Positions 42,069 through 49,997 of a DNA stretch of 61,035 bases are shown here, piece after piece. The DNA is from Candidatus Goldiibacteriota bacterium. Lineage in GTDB: Bacteria; Oederibacteriota; JAAXVQ01. Location of the stretch: assembly GCA_020052235.1 (NCBI GenBank), contig JAGVPM010000123.1, positions 1-61,035 on the forward strand, read 5' to 3'. The position numbers and the translations under genes were made by a program. The first letter of the stretch is position 1. The number at the start of each line of letters is the position of its first letter. Below the pieces are notes generated by a model, which ran no database searches, was not told the origin of the DNA, and saw only the letters and a program-made list of their open reading frames with translations.

Positions 42069-42096
42069 GTAGAGACGCAAAATCTTGCGTCTCTAC
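42069..42096. repeat. REP-like perfect palindrome with GTAG...CTAC termini
   Basis: GTAGAGACGCAAaatcTTGCGTCTCTAC. The same stem sequence occurs at 59541-59568. Confidence 0.8.
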
Positions 42097-42260
42097 CCTT
42101 GAATTTTAATAAAAAACGCGGCCTTTTTTCTTTCCGGCCTCGAGCTTCACTGCCTAAACACCGATACTTGCCCAACGAACATTCGGGGGGGAACCGGTTG
42201 TGGGTAATCAGCTTACACTCGCCAGGCCTATCTGTGCCGCTTTGCCCGGGCAGGTGCATT

Positions 42261-43735
42261 ATGCCTGAATATGAACAACAGGTGGAGGTAGAACGCGGCA
42301 CTTACACGGTTTTAATTCAATTCGCAAACCATTTCACCGAATGTTATTTAACCATTGAAACGGAAGCCGCCGTCGAACTATTGCCTTCGGATCTGCCGGC
42401 CCTTTTAAAGGAACACGAAGTAACCATCGGCCTCAACCTGGACGCCATTTCAAAAATATCCGAAACGCTCCAGCGCGGCGAATCCGCCCTGGATGTGCTC
42501 GTGGCGCAAGGCTCTCTCCCGGAAGTCGGCCAAGATGCTTTTTTAGAGTTCAAAACCAAACCATTTTCCTTTGAACCCACTTTTGATCAAAGCCAAAACG
42601 GCCAAATCGATTTTCATCAAACCATTTGTTTGAAAATGTCAAAGCCGGAGATATCATTGCCGTTGAACATCCAGCCATTCCCAGTATAAACGGCCAGACG
42701 GTTACGGGCAAAATTATTCCCACCGCCCGGCTGAACACGGTTGCAGCCAAGGCAGGTGCGGGCATTGAATTTATTTCCGGGCGCCTTGAATATGCCGCCA
42801 AAATGAACGGACGGGTCATGTATAAAGACACGGTACTATCCATCACCGAGGAATTTGTGGTCGATGAAGATGTGGATTATAAGACCGGGCACATCAATTT
42901 TGTCGGCGTGGTCCATGTGCGCGGAGATGTGCTGGATGGGTTCAATGTAAACGGCAAAAAAGGCGTAAAAATTTATAACAACATCGGCAATTCTTGCATT
43001 GAGTCCGAGGGTGACATTGACATTGGGGGCATGACCGGGCGGGATGCGCAGGCTAAAATCCGCTGCCATGGCCGTTTAAAAGCCGGCTATCTTTATAATG
43101 TCGATGTCGAATGCGCGGGAAACATTTACGTTAAGCGTGAAATTATGCACTCCAATATTAAATCCAATGGCGCCGTTTTCTGCCAAGGGCGGATCGTGGG
43201 CGGAAACTGCCTGGCCTTGGCGGGCATTGAAACCGCAACCACCGGTTCTGAATTCGGCATCAAAACGTTTCTTAATGCCGGAATTGATTTTCACCTGGCC
43301 AACGCCATTCATGTGTTTATCGGCCAATTAAAAACCGTTCAAAAACGCTTGCAGGAACTCAACCAACAATTGGACCAATACCTGACTCCGCCTCAAAATC
43401 AAACCACATCCCTATCCGAAAAACAACGCCTGCAGCTGCAGGAAAGCATCCAAAAAATCTCCGATCAGAAAAAACAAATTCTGCAAAAACTTGACTGGAT
43501 CTACTCCAATATGTCGCAACAGGCCAATCCGAAAATCAATGTGTACAAGGAATTAAATGCCGGAACCCTGCTGCAATTGGGGCAAACCGAGCTGGAAATT
43601 AAGCAAACCCGATCCGGGCCCAGCTCGATCATCGAATTTATGGGGCAGGAACTGCGGTTCATACCCTTAACGCCCTTGCCGAAAAAAGCGGCGGACCTGG
43701 AAAAAGAACTTCTGGCCCGTGAAAAACCGGTTTAA
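42261..43735 (+). pseudogene. fapA: FapA (DUF342) flagellar-assembly-associated gene interrupted by a -1 frameshift near 42624-42628
   Basis: Frame A (42261-42689) ends ...GQIDFHQTI then runs out of frame. Frame B continues FENVKAGDIIAVEHPAIPSINGQTVTG..., the expected DUF342 continuation, followed by beta-helix repeats and a C-terminal coiled coil. The two frames overlap over 42626-42689. Confidence 0.6.
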
Positions 43736-44133
43736 GCCAACACCTTTGACTTCACAACTCCGTCGTCCCAGGCATCACGCATGGTCCGTAATAAACCGAG
43801 TCCTTCTTCGATAAATTTTTTTTTCTTTTCAAGGTTTCCCTGGGATAAGCGACGTAGGATAAAATGATACAGGGAATCCAGGTTTTTTGCCAACTCTTGC
43901 CCTTTATCCATATCCAGGCACAAGTCCAGATAATGCACGATTTTTTGCGCACGCACTAAATTCCATCCCAACGCAGCCCAATCTTTTTCATCAAACGCGC
44001 TCAATCCGTGGTTGATGAATTTGATGGCTCCGTTGTAAAGCATTAAAATCAATTCTTCGCGCCCCGCAGTTAGAATTTCATTCTCCTGATAGGAATTTTG
44101 CACGCTCGATTTTGACAAATCCGCCATAATCAT
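43732..44133 (-). CDS. fliS: Flagellin chaperone FliS
   Basis: 133 aa with ILTAGREELILMLYNGAIKFINHG. Located downstream of fliD. Confidence 0.9.
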   Translation of the reverse strand: MIMADLSKSSVQNSYQENEILTAGREELILMLYNGAIKFINHGLSAFDEKDWAALGWNLVRAQKIVHYLDLCLDMDKGQELAKNLDSLYHFILRRLSQGNLEKKKKFIEEGLGLLRTMRDAWDDGVVKSKVLA

Positions 44134-44155
44134 AATACCAAGCCCTCCTCCGACC

Positions 44156-45985
44156 CTAAGTTGACTGTCCCATCAGTTGAGTAATCCGGTCTCCTTGTGA
44201 TTTTAATTGCGATATTAATGTTTCCATGGATGCAAACTGCAGCCGCATGGTTTCCTCGCGTTTGACCAAACGTTCTTCCATTTCCAAAATTTGCGTATTC
44301 GTACTGCTGATTTCGCTGTCGTAGAATTTTTTCTCTACCGTGACTTCGCCGTCGATGAAATTGGTCAGCGAGTACAGTTGATCCTTCATTTTTCCCGTAA
44401 TCCCCGTACCCACGGTGTTGAACATGTCCTCCACGCCGGATACATTACTGCTTAGCGCAGCGCGCAGTTTGGTTTCATCCAATGCCAGCGTGGCATCCTT
44501 GCCTAAATTGTCCGCCGTGGTTGTAATGCCGATTTGGGCCATTTGATTCATGGTATTCGGCATGCCTGATATCACCTGGCTCACCATGCTGCTGAGTTTA
44601 TACTTAGTGTCCAAAAACGTCATGTCGCCGGTAAATTGACCTTGAATGCGTTCCTCGGAAGTAGTGGGACTCTCCACGCGTTCCTCGCGGATTTTAGTGT
44701 TGATGTAATTCATGACATCATTGTATTGATTTACAAAATCCTTAAACGTCTGCACCATGCCGTCGACATTGCTGCTCACCGTGACCAGGCTGGACCCCGC
44801 GCCCTTGAGATTCAAGGTCACGCCCGGAATCAACGTGGCTATTTCGTTGCTCTCAAAGGTTTGCGCCGCACCGCCATTAAGGCTGACCTGGGCATCGGTA
44901 CCGCTGTACGTATCGGCGGCACCTCCCACCGGCGGATTGGTGCTGGATAATTTTAAAGCATACAGGATATTGCTGGTGTCTCCCGCTGCGCCCAAAGTGA
45001 TTTTTTGGCTGCTACCCTCGGTTTTTTGTATAAAACCGACTGTACCGGTCTCCTGGTTGAAATTTGCCGTAACCCCCGCGCTGGACGTGTTGATCCGGTT
45101 GATGACCGTATCCAGCGTATCTGCCGCCGCATCCACGTTAAAAACAACCCCGTTGAGTGTAAAGGTCCCGCTGGTTACGGTCTGGTCCATGTTCGCGCCG
45201 GATGAATTCAGCGCCACGCTTGAATTGGTTTGCACCGCATCATTGCCCGTGGCTGTTCCGGCTGTAATGTTCATGACACCCAATAAATTTCCGCTGCTTT
45301 CAGACAAAATAATTTCGCTGGTCGCGCCGGTGATGTTCGAAGTCAGGGAAATTTCCTGCGTTCCCGTGTCAAAGCTCGCGGTAACTCCCAACCCGGCATT
45401 GTTGATATTGCCCAAAATCTGGTTAATGGACATCGTGTCATCCCAATTAATGTTGCTGCCATTAATAACCAAGGTTCCGGATGCCTGCGCCACTGTCCCC
45501 AAGTTGGCGGCTTGCGTTGCCAAAGATTGGGCGGGATCGACGGTTTGACTCGGAGCATTGATGCCCGTGGCGCTTTGCATCTTCGCGCCTTGCGCCACCC
45601 TATCCGCCCCAGTGTACAAGGCTGCTTGGCTTTGGGTCATGGCCGCTGTCGCCACCTGCGTCACCGTAATTTGATAGTTTCCTTCGGCGGGTTGCGCTCC
45701 GGTAATGACGGCTTGGACCACGGTCGTCAGGGTGCTCGCCGTGGTTTTTTGGGTAAAAAACGGTGACGAGGCATTGCTGAATTTATCAATGGTCGTGCTT
45801 AAAGTACTAAGCTTGGAATTTAGGGTGCTGATAACGGCTTTTTTAGCCGCATAATCTTCGTTTTTCATTTTCAGCATGGTCTGCGGACGGCGTTCCAAGG
45901 TCATTAATTTTTCAATTAACGAGTCAGTATCAATTCCCGATGCCAGGCCTGAAAAATGAATTTCCGGCAAGCTTGAAGTTGTCAT
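44156..45985 (-). CDS. fliD: Filament cap protein FliD
   Basis: N-terminus is FSGLASGIDTDSLIEKLMTLERRP. C-terminal coiled coil is LQFASMETLISQLKSQG. Confidence 0.9.
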   Translation of the reverse strand: MTTSSLPEIHFSGLASGIDTDSLIEKLMTLERRPQTMLKMKNEDYAAKKAVISTLNSKLSTLSTTIDKFSNASSPFFTQKTTASTLTTVVQAVITGAQPAEGNYQITVTQVATAAMTQSQAALYTGADRVAQGAKMQSATGINAPSQTVDPAQSLATQAANLGTVAQASGTLVINGSNINWDDTMSINQILGNINNAGLGVTASFDTGTQEISLTSNITGATSEIILSESSGNLLGVMNITAGTATGNDAVQTNSSVALNSSGANMDQTVTSGTFTLNGVVFNVDAAADTLDTVINRINTSSAGVTANFNQETGTVGFIQKTEGSSQKITLGAAGDTSNILYALKLSSTNPPVGGAADTYSGTDAQVSLNGGAAQTFESNEIATLIPGVTLNLKGAGSSLVTVSSNVDGMVQTFKDFVNQYNDVMNYINTKIREERVESPTTSEERIQGQFTGDMTFLDTKYKLSSMVSQVISGMPNTMNQMAQIGITTTADNLGKDATLALDETKLRAALSSNVSGVEDMFNTVGTGITGKMKDQLYSLTNFIDGEVTVEKKFYDSEISSTNTQILEMEERLVKREETMRLQFASMETLISQLKSQGDRITQLMGQST

Positions 45986-46030
45986 ATTATTTCACTTCCT
46001 TTTCGTTCCCCCCAACATAACTCAATAATA

Positions 46031-46058
46031 TTATCGTGCCTTTTTCTTTATTCCTTTA
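46031..46058 (-). promoter_or_regulatory. Sigma28-like promoter upstream of fliD-fliS
   Basis: The minus strand reads TAAA-N16-CACGATAA (consensus TAAA-N15-GCCGATAA), 45 nt upstream of the fliD ATG and just downstream of the flagellin-1 terminator. Confidence 0.45.
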
Positions 46059-46070
46059 ACCGGATTGTTT

Positions 46071-46110
46071 AAAAAAAAAATGAGGGAATTGCCTTGCGGC
46101 AATTCCCTCA
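46071..46110 (-). terminator. Rho-independent terminator of flagellin gene 1
   Basis: The minus strand reads TGAGGGAATTGCC-gcaa-GGCAATTCCCTCA followed by T10. Confidence 0.85.
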
Positions 46111-46143
46111 ACTGTTGATCCAAACCGTATCGCTGCAGGCGGC

Positions 46144-46968
46144 TTATCGCAGTAAGCTAAGTACGGCTTGCGGTTGTGAGTTCGCTTGCGCCAGCATGGC
46201 CACGTTCGACTGTTGCAGGATCTGCATGCGCGTGAAATTGGAAATTTCACGGGCCATGTCCACATCACGGATACGGCTTTCGGATGCAGTCGTGTTTTCA
46301 ATCGACACGTCCAAATTCCTTACCGTATGCTCAAGCCGGTTTTGCACCACGCCAATGGAGCCGCGCGTGGTCGAAATGGTGTCAATGGCCGTGTTGGTGG
46401 CTGTGATGGCTGACAATGCATTGGCCACCGTGTCCACCGCGGTCGCGGTCATGCCGAGCGTTGCCACCGACGTGCTGCCGATGGTTGCGTTAATTTGGTT
46501 ATCCGCGCCTGCCGCAGCGCCTACCTGCATATTTCCGCTCAGGGTTCCATCCAACAAGGCTTTGGTGTTGAAAGTGACGTTCGTGGCAATACGGTCCATT
46601 TCGGATTTCAGGGCCGTGACTTCATTGTTCATGACCGCGCGGTTGCCCGCGGTCAAGGTGACATCGTTGGCTGCGCGAACCGCCAGGGTGTTGATGCGCT
46701 GCAAAATGCCGTGTACCTCATTCAAGGCGCCTTCGGCCGTCTGCAACATGGAAATGCCTTCTTGGGCATTCATCTTTGCGGTTTGCAAACCATTAACCTG
46801 CGCGCGGAACTTTTCGCTGATGGCCAAACCCGAAGCATCGTCACCGGCGCGCACGATGCGCAGACCGGTTGACAATTTTTCCAATGATTTCGAAATGTTA
46901 CTGGTGACTTTATCCAACGAATTCAAAGCATTAAGCGACGACGTGTTGTGATTGATTGCGAATCCCAT
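46144..46968 (-). CDS. fliC: Flagellin, paralog 1
   Basis: MGFAINHNTSSLNALN..., LSTGLRIVRAGDDASGLAISEKFRAQ, and C-terminal QILQQSNVAMLAQANSQPQAVLSLLR. Start set to the ATG at 46968 by analogy with paralog 2 and a GGAGGA RBS. Confidence 0.95.
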   Translation of the reverse strand: MGFAINHNTSSLNALNSLDKVTSNISKSLEKLSTGLRIVRAGDDASGLAISEKFRAQVNGLQTAKMNAQEGISMLQTAEGALNEVHGILQRINTLAVRAANDVTLTAGNRAVMNNEVTALKSEMDRIATNVTFNTKALLDGTLSGNMQVGAAAGADNQINATIGSTSVATLGMTATAVDTVANALSAITATNTAIDTISTTRGSIGVVQNRLEHTVRNLDVSIENTTASESRIRDVDMAREISNFTRMQILQQSNVAMLAQANSQPQAVLSLLR

Positions 46969-46996
46969 GACGAATATCCTCCTTGATATAGATTCC

Positions 46997-47008
46997 GGCA
47001 TCCCTGCC
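46997..47008 (-). promoter_or_regulatory. Conserved GGA-loop hairpin in the flagellin-1 leader (candidate CsrA site)
   Basis: The minus strand reads GGCA-gGGA-TGCC, 18 nt upstream of the GGAGGA Shine-Dalgarno (46977-46982). The same structure occurs in the paralog-2 leader. Confidence 0.45.
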
Positions 47009-47135
47009 GTGTACTGCCTCCAGGACTCCGTGTGGGGTTAATAAGGTGAAGGCTAGGCGCCCGGCCGGAACGCTATTCACTCCACCCAAACGTGGGAAAC
47101 CCCTGGGTTAAACTCATATTTATTCTCGTTGATAT

Positions 47136-47162
47136 ACTTCGTATCAATTTGTTTTTTTCTTA
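47136..47162 (-). promoter_or_regulatory. Weak sigma28-like candidate promoter for flagellin gene 1
   Basis: The minus strand reads TAAGAAAA-N11-TACGAAGT, the same layout as TAAGTTTT-N11-TACGAAAC upstream of flgM. The -10 match to GCCGATAA is poor. Confidence 0.25.
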
Positions 47163-47217
47163 AATTTTTTTTAGGAAAAAACGATGAAATTCCACCCTGG
47201 CGCCCCACCGGGCGTAT

Positions 47218-47253
47218 AAAAAAAGGGGGACTGCCGCCTGGCGGCAATCCCCC
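47218..47253 (-). terminator. Rho-independent terminator of flagellin gene 2
   Basis: The minus strand reads GGGGGATTGCCGCC-ag-GGCGGCAGTCCCCC followed by T7. Confidence 0.85.
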
Positions 47254-47283
47254 TGCTTTCACGCAGAAAACGTCTGTTCGCGC

Positions 47284-48108
47284 TTATTTCAGCAGGCTCA
47301 GAACCGCTTGAGGTTGTGAGTTCGCTTGTGCCAGCATGGCCACATCGGATTGTTGCAGAATTTGCAAACGGGTGAAGGTGGAAATTTCCTGCGCCATATC
47401 AACGTCCCGGATGCGGCTTTCGGACGCGGTCGTATTTTCGATCGAAACATCCAAATTCCTTACTGTATGCTCCAATCGATTCTGCACCACGCCAATAGCT
47501 CCGCGGTTGGTTGAAACCGTATCAATGGCGGTGTTAGTGTCTGTAATGGCCGTTAAGGCATTGGCCACCGTGTCCACAGCCGTGAGCGTAAGCACCAACC
47601 CCGCTACCGAGGTATTGGCAACCGCAACTGCAATCTGGTTGTCAACTGTGCCTCCGGGCCCAACTTGCAGATTTCCACTTAACGTCCCATCCAAAAGAAC
47701 CTTGGTGTTAAAGGTGATGTTCTGGGCGATGCGGTCCAGTTCGGATTTCAAACCCTGCACTTCCTGGTTCATGACCGTGCGGTTGGCGGCGGTTAAGGTG
47801 ACGTCATTGGCCGCGCGGACGGCCAAGGTGTTGATGCGTTGCAAAATACCGTGCACTTCATTGAGCGATCCTTCCGCGGTTTGCAGCATCGAGATGCCTT
47901 CTTGCGCATTCATTTTGGCGGTTTGCATGCCGTTGATCTGCGCCCGAAATTTCTCGCTGATGGCCAAACCCGAAGCATCATCTCCCGCACGCACGATTCT
48001 CAAGCCGGTCGAGAGCTTTTCCAACGACTTGCTGATGGACAACGTGGTTTTATCCAAGGCGCCCAACGTATTGATAGATGAAAGGTTATGATTGATTGCA
48101 AATCCCAT
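47284..48108 (-). CDS. fliC: Flagellin, paralog 2
   Basis: 274 aa, collinear with paralog 1. The N- and C-terminal D0/D1 segments are conserved and the centre is divergent. Confidence 0.95.
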   Translation of the reverse strand: MGFAINHNLSSINTLGALDKTTLSISKSLEKLSTGLRIVRAGDDASGLAISEKFRAQINGMQTAKMNAQEGISMLQTAEGSLNEVHGILQRINTLAVRAANDVTLTAANRTVMNQEVQGLKSELDRIAQNITFNTKVLLDGTLSGNLQVGPGGTVDNQIAVAVANTSVAGLVLTLTAVDTVANALTAITDTNTAIDTVSTNRGAIGVVQNRLEHTVRNLDVSIENTTASESRIRDVDMAQEISTFTRLQILQQSDVAMLAQANSQPQAVLSLLK

Positions 48109-48137
48109 GACAGTATCCTCCGTGATTTTTTCTCATC

Positions 48138-48149
48138 GGCATCCGTGCC
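48138..48149 (-). promoter_or_regulatory. Conserved GGA-loop hairpin in the flagellin-2 leader (candidate CsrA site)
   Basis: The minus strand reads GGCA-cGGA-TGCC, 20 nt upstream of the GGAGGA Shine-Dalgarno (48116-48121). Confidence 0.45.
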
Positions 48150-48200
48150 AATGATGGAATGTGTGCTTTAAGCACAGACTGCTTGGTCCTGCAGTAAAAC

Positions 48201-48218
48201 TGCCACCTCAGTGCCATT
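48201..48218 (-). promoter_or_regulatory. Sigma54 (-24/-12)-like promoter of flagellin gene 2
   Basis: The minus strand reads AATGGCAC-TGAGG-TGGCA, with exact GG-N10-GC spacing and one mismatch in the -12 block, about 93 nt upstream of the ATG. Confidence 0.5.
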
Positions 48219-48298
48219 AGTTGCGCCCGGAAAACGCCACATTTTCCGGGCTTACTACCCCTCTTACGGCCAGCCTCCTTTCTTATTTAAATCGGCCC

Positions 48299-48520
48299 TC
48301 ACAAGCCCTTTTTGATTTTTTCGAGTTCCTCGGGCGTCGTGACTGCCGCAGCTTGGTTTTGGGCATTAACCTCCGTGTAGATTTCCTTGCGCAAAATGCG
48401 CAAAGCTGCCGGTGCTTTGATGCCTATCCGGACTTGTTCGCCGTTGACTTCCAAAATTTGAATCTCAATATCATCGCCGAGAATCACAGACTGCTTTTTC
48501 TTTCTTGTCAGCACCAGCAT
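48299..48520 (-). CDS. csrA: Carbon storage regulator CsrA (flagellar type, FliW partner)
   Basis: MLVLTRKKKQSVILGDDIEIQILEVNGEQVRIGIKAPAALRILRKEIY. Confidence 0.95.
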   Translation of the reverse strand: MLVLTRKKKQSVILGDDIEIQILEVNGEQVRIGIKAPAALRILRKEIYTEVNAQNQAAAVTTPEELEKIKKGL

Positions 48521-48974
48521 GATCTTCGCCCTCCTTGGCTACTGGTTTAATTTCCTCCTTGAGCAAATGCCGCGCGCGGTACAGTCCGTTTTCATTAATA
48601 ATTTGGGTTCCCATGCGTTCCCGTTCATTGATGACAATCGGCGCCAGCAGATTGACCGTGGCTTGATTGATATCCGGCGGAATCACCACCACCGACAAAA
48701 TCAAGGGGATATCCTCATTGACGAATTTAAGCAATTCGATCTCAGCAGGCGAAAGCCGGAATTGATAGTCATCCTTGAAAACCGGGATCGGCAGGACTAC
48801 AAACGCCCACTCCGGCTGATCCACGCATTGCAGCCAAAAATAGGGCAGGCTTTCAGGGCGGTTTACCAGGCAAAATTTGTTGTGTCTGGGAAACCCGATA
48901 ATGCCGCTGGGAAACGAGATGATTTTATCCTCTTCAATTTCAAGTACACCAAAATGCCGCGTTGTAAATTTCAT
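48471..48974 (-). CDS. fliW: Flagellar assembly factor FliW
   Basis: MKFTTRHFGVLEIEEDKIISFPSGIIGFP, FCLV and YFWLQCVD. The 3' end overlaps csrA by 50 nt. Confidence 0.9.
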   Translation of the reverse strand: MKFTTRHFGVLEIEEDKIISFPSGIIGFPRHNKFCLVNRPESLPYFWLQCVDQPEWAFVVLPIPVFKDDYQFRLSPAEIELLKFVNEDIPLILSVVVIPPDINQATVNLLAPIVINERERMGTQIINENGLYRARHLLKEEIKPVAKEGEDHAGADKKEKAVCDSRR

Positions 48975-49065
48975 AGTGCGATTCTCCTTTGATTTTTTTA
49001 ATCAAGGTTGGGAATGATCTCGGCATTCGGTCCCCTCCGAATACGGCCCACCCCGGTTTACCTTT

Positions 49066-49986
49066 TTAACTTAAAAAATCCATAAGCTTTCTCTGGCTTA
49101 AAATCTTGGCGCTGCTTTGCATGGCGGCGTCATAAACATTTTGCGCAGTCTGCAGCTTCACAATGGCTTCCGGCATATCCACATCCGCCAATTGTGAGTT
49201 CAGCGTCGTCAAAGCGAGTTTTTTTGCCGCGATGTTGGTGCCGGCCATGTCCATCATGTTGGTTTTATTTCCCAATTGGGAGATCTCGGTTACAATTTGT
49301 TTCTGGGCGTCACCCGTGGCCGTGATGCCGGCCACGATCTGTGCGTTGTTGTCCGCGCGCATGGCGTCCCGCAAATTGATCAGCGTGGCAAACACATCGG
49401 TTCCGGCAGCCGGCTGAAAAATCTGGTTCCCCGGCACGTTTTTATTTACCATAAGTCCTGAGTCGATTTCCACCTGCTCCACACCGTTATCCCCAACGTA
49501 ATTCACGGCCGTAATTTCCCCGGCCACGCGCGTGACTTGAAACGGCGGATTTAGTGTCTGATAACCGCCGTAAAGATATTTGCCTTCGGATTGGGTGTTG
49601 CCGGTATTGACCATCTGTTCCAGGATGCCGTTGACTTCGTCGGCAATTGCGTTCCGTTCCTGTGTATCCAGCGTGACATCATTGGCCGCCCGGATAGCCA
49701 GACCGTTCGCGCGCTGCAGGGAATCCGCTGCTCCGGTGAGGGTGGTTTCCGAAGCCGAAACCCAATTCGTGACATAATTGGCATTGCGCTGGTACTGTTC
49801 GATGCCGTTGAGCGCCTCGTTGATGTTCACCAGGCGCTGGCTGCCGAGCGGGTCATCCGAGGGCACGTTGATCCGTTTGCCCGTGGACACCTGCTGGTGG
49901 TAATCCTGCAAACGGGCCAAATCGATATTGAGGTTTTCGATGATTTGGTTGGAAACCATATTGCCGCTGACGCGCATTGTCCTCAC
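49066..49986 (-). CDS. flgL: Hook-filament junction protein FlgL
   Basis: Flagellin-like N-terminus VSTGKRINVPSDDPLG and C-terminus QNVYDAAMQSSAKILSQRKLMDFL. Confidence 0.9.
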   Translation of the reverse strand: MRTMRVSGNMVSNQIIENLNIDLARLQDYHQQVSTGKRINVPSDDPLGSQRLVNINEALNGIEQYQRNANYVTNWVSASETTLTGAADSLQRANGLAIRAANDVTLDTQERNAIADEVNGILEQMVNTGNTQSEGKYLYGGYQTLNPPFQVTRVAGEITAVNYVGDNGVEQVEIDSGLMVNKNVPGNQIFQPAAGTDVFATLINLRDAMRADNNAQIVAGITATGDAQKQIVTEISQLGNKTNMMDMAGTNIAAKKLALTTLNSQLADVDMPEAIVKLQTAQNVYDAAMQSSAKILSQRKLMDFLS

Positions 49987-49997
49987 CTCAATTTAAA

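Noticed and set aside
42159-42167. CACCGATAC upstream of fapA as a sigma28 promoter
   Set aside because: The -10-like core is good, but no TAAA/TAAG lies 15-16 nt upstream (CGAG instead). It is too weak to call.
41976-42260. N-terminal extension of the fapA ORF (the track start at 41976)
   Set aside because: The extension overlaps the divergent HDOD gene start and translates the GTAG palindrome (..YVETQNLASL..). The ATG at 42261 (MPEYEQQ) is the plausible start.
47077-47262. 61-aa ORF between the two flagellin genes
   Set aside because: It covers the flagellin-2 terminator stem (..GGLPPGGSPP..) and an AT-rich spacer. It has no RBS and is most likely non-coding.
48133-48140. GCCGATGA upstream of flagellin 2 read as a sigma28 -10 box
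   Set aside because: It matches 7 of 8 positions of the -10 consensus. However, the sequence 15 nt upstream is TTCC rather than TAAA. The equivalent position before flagellin 1 is GCCGGAAT. What the two leaders actually share is the GGCA-nGGA-TGCC hairpin, so I favour the CsrA-site reading. This remains unresolved without transcription start site data.
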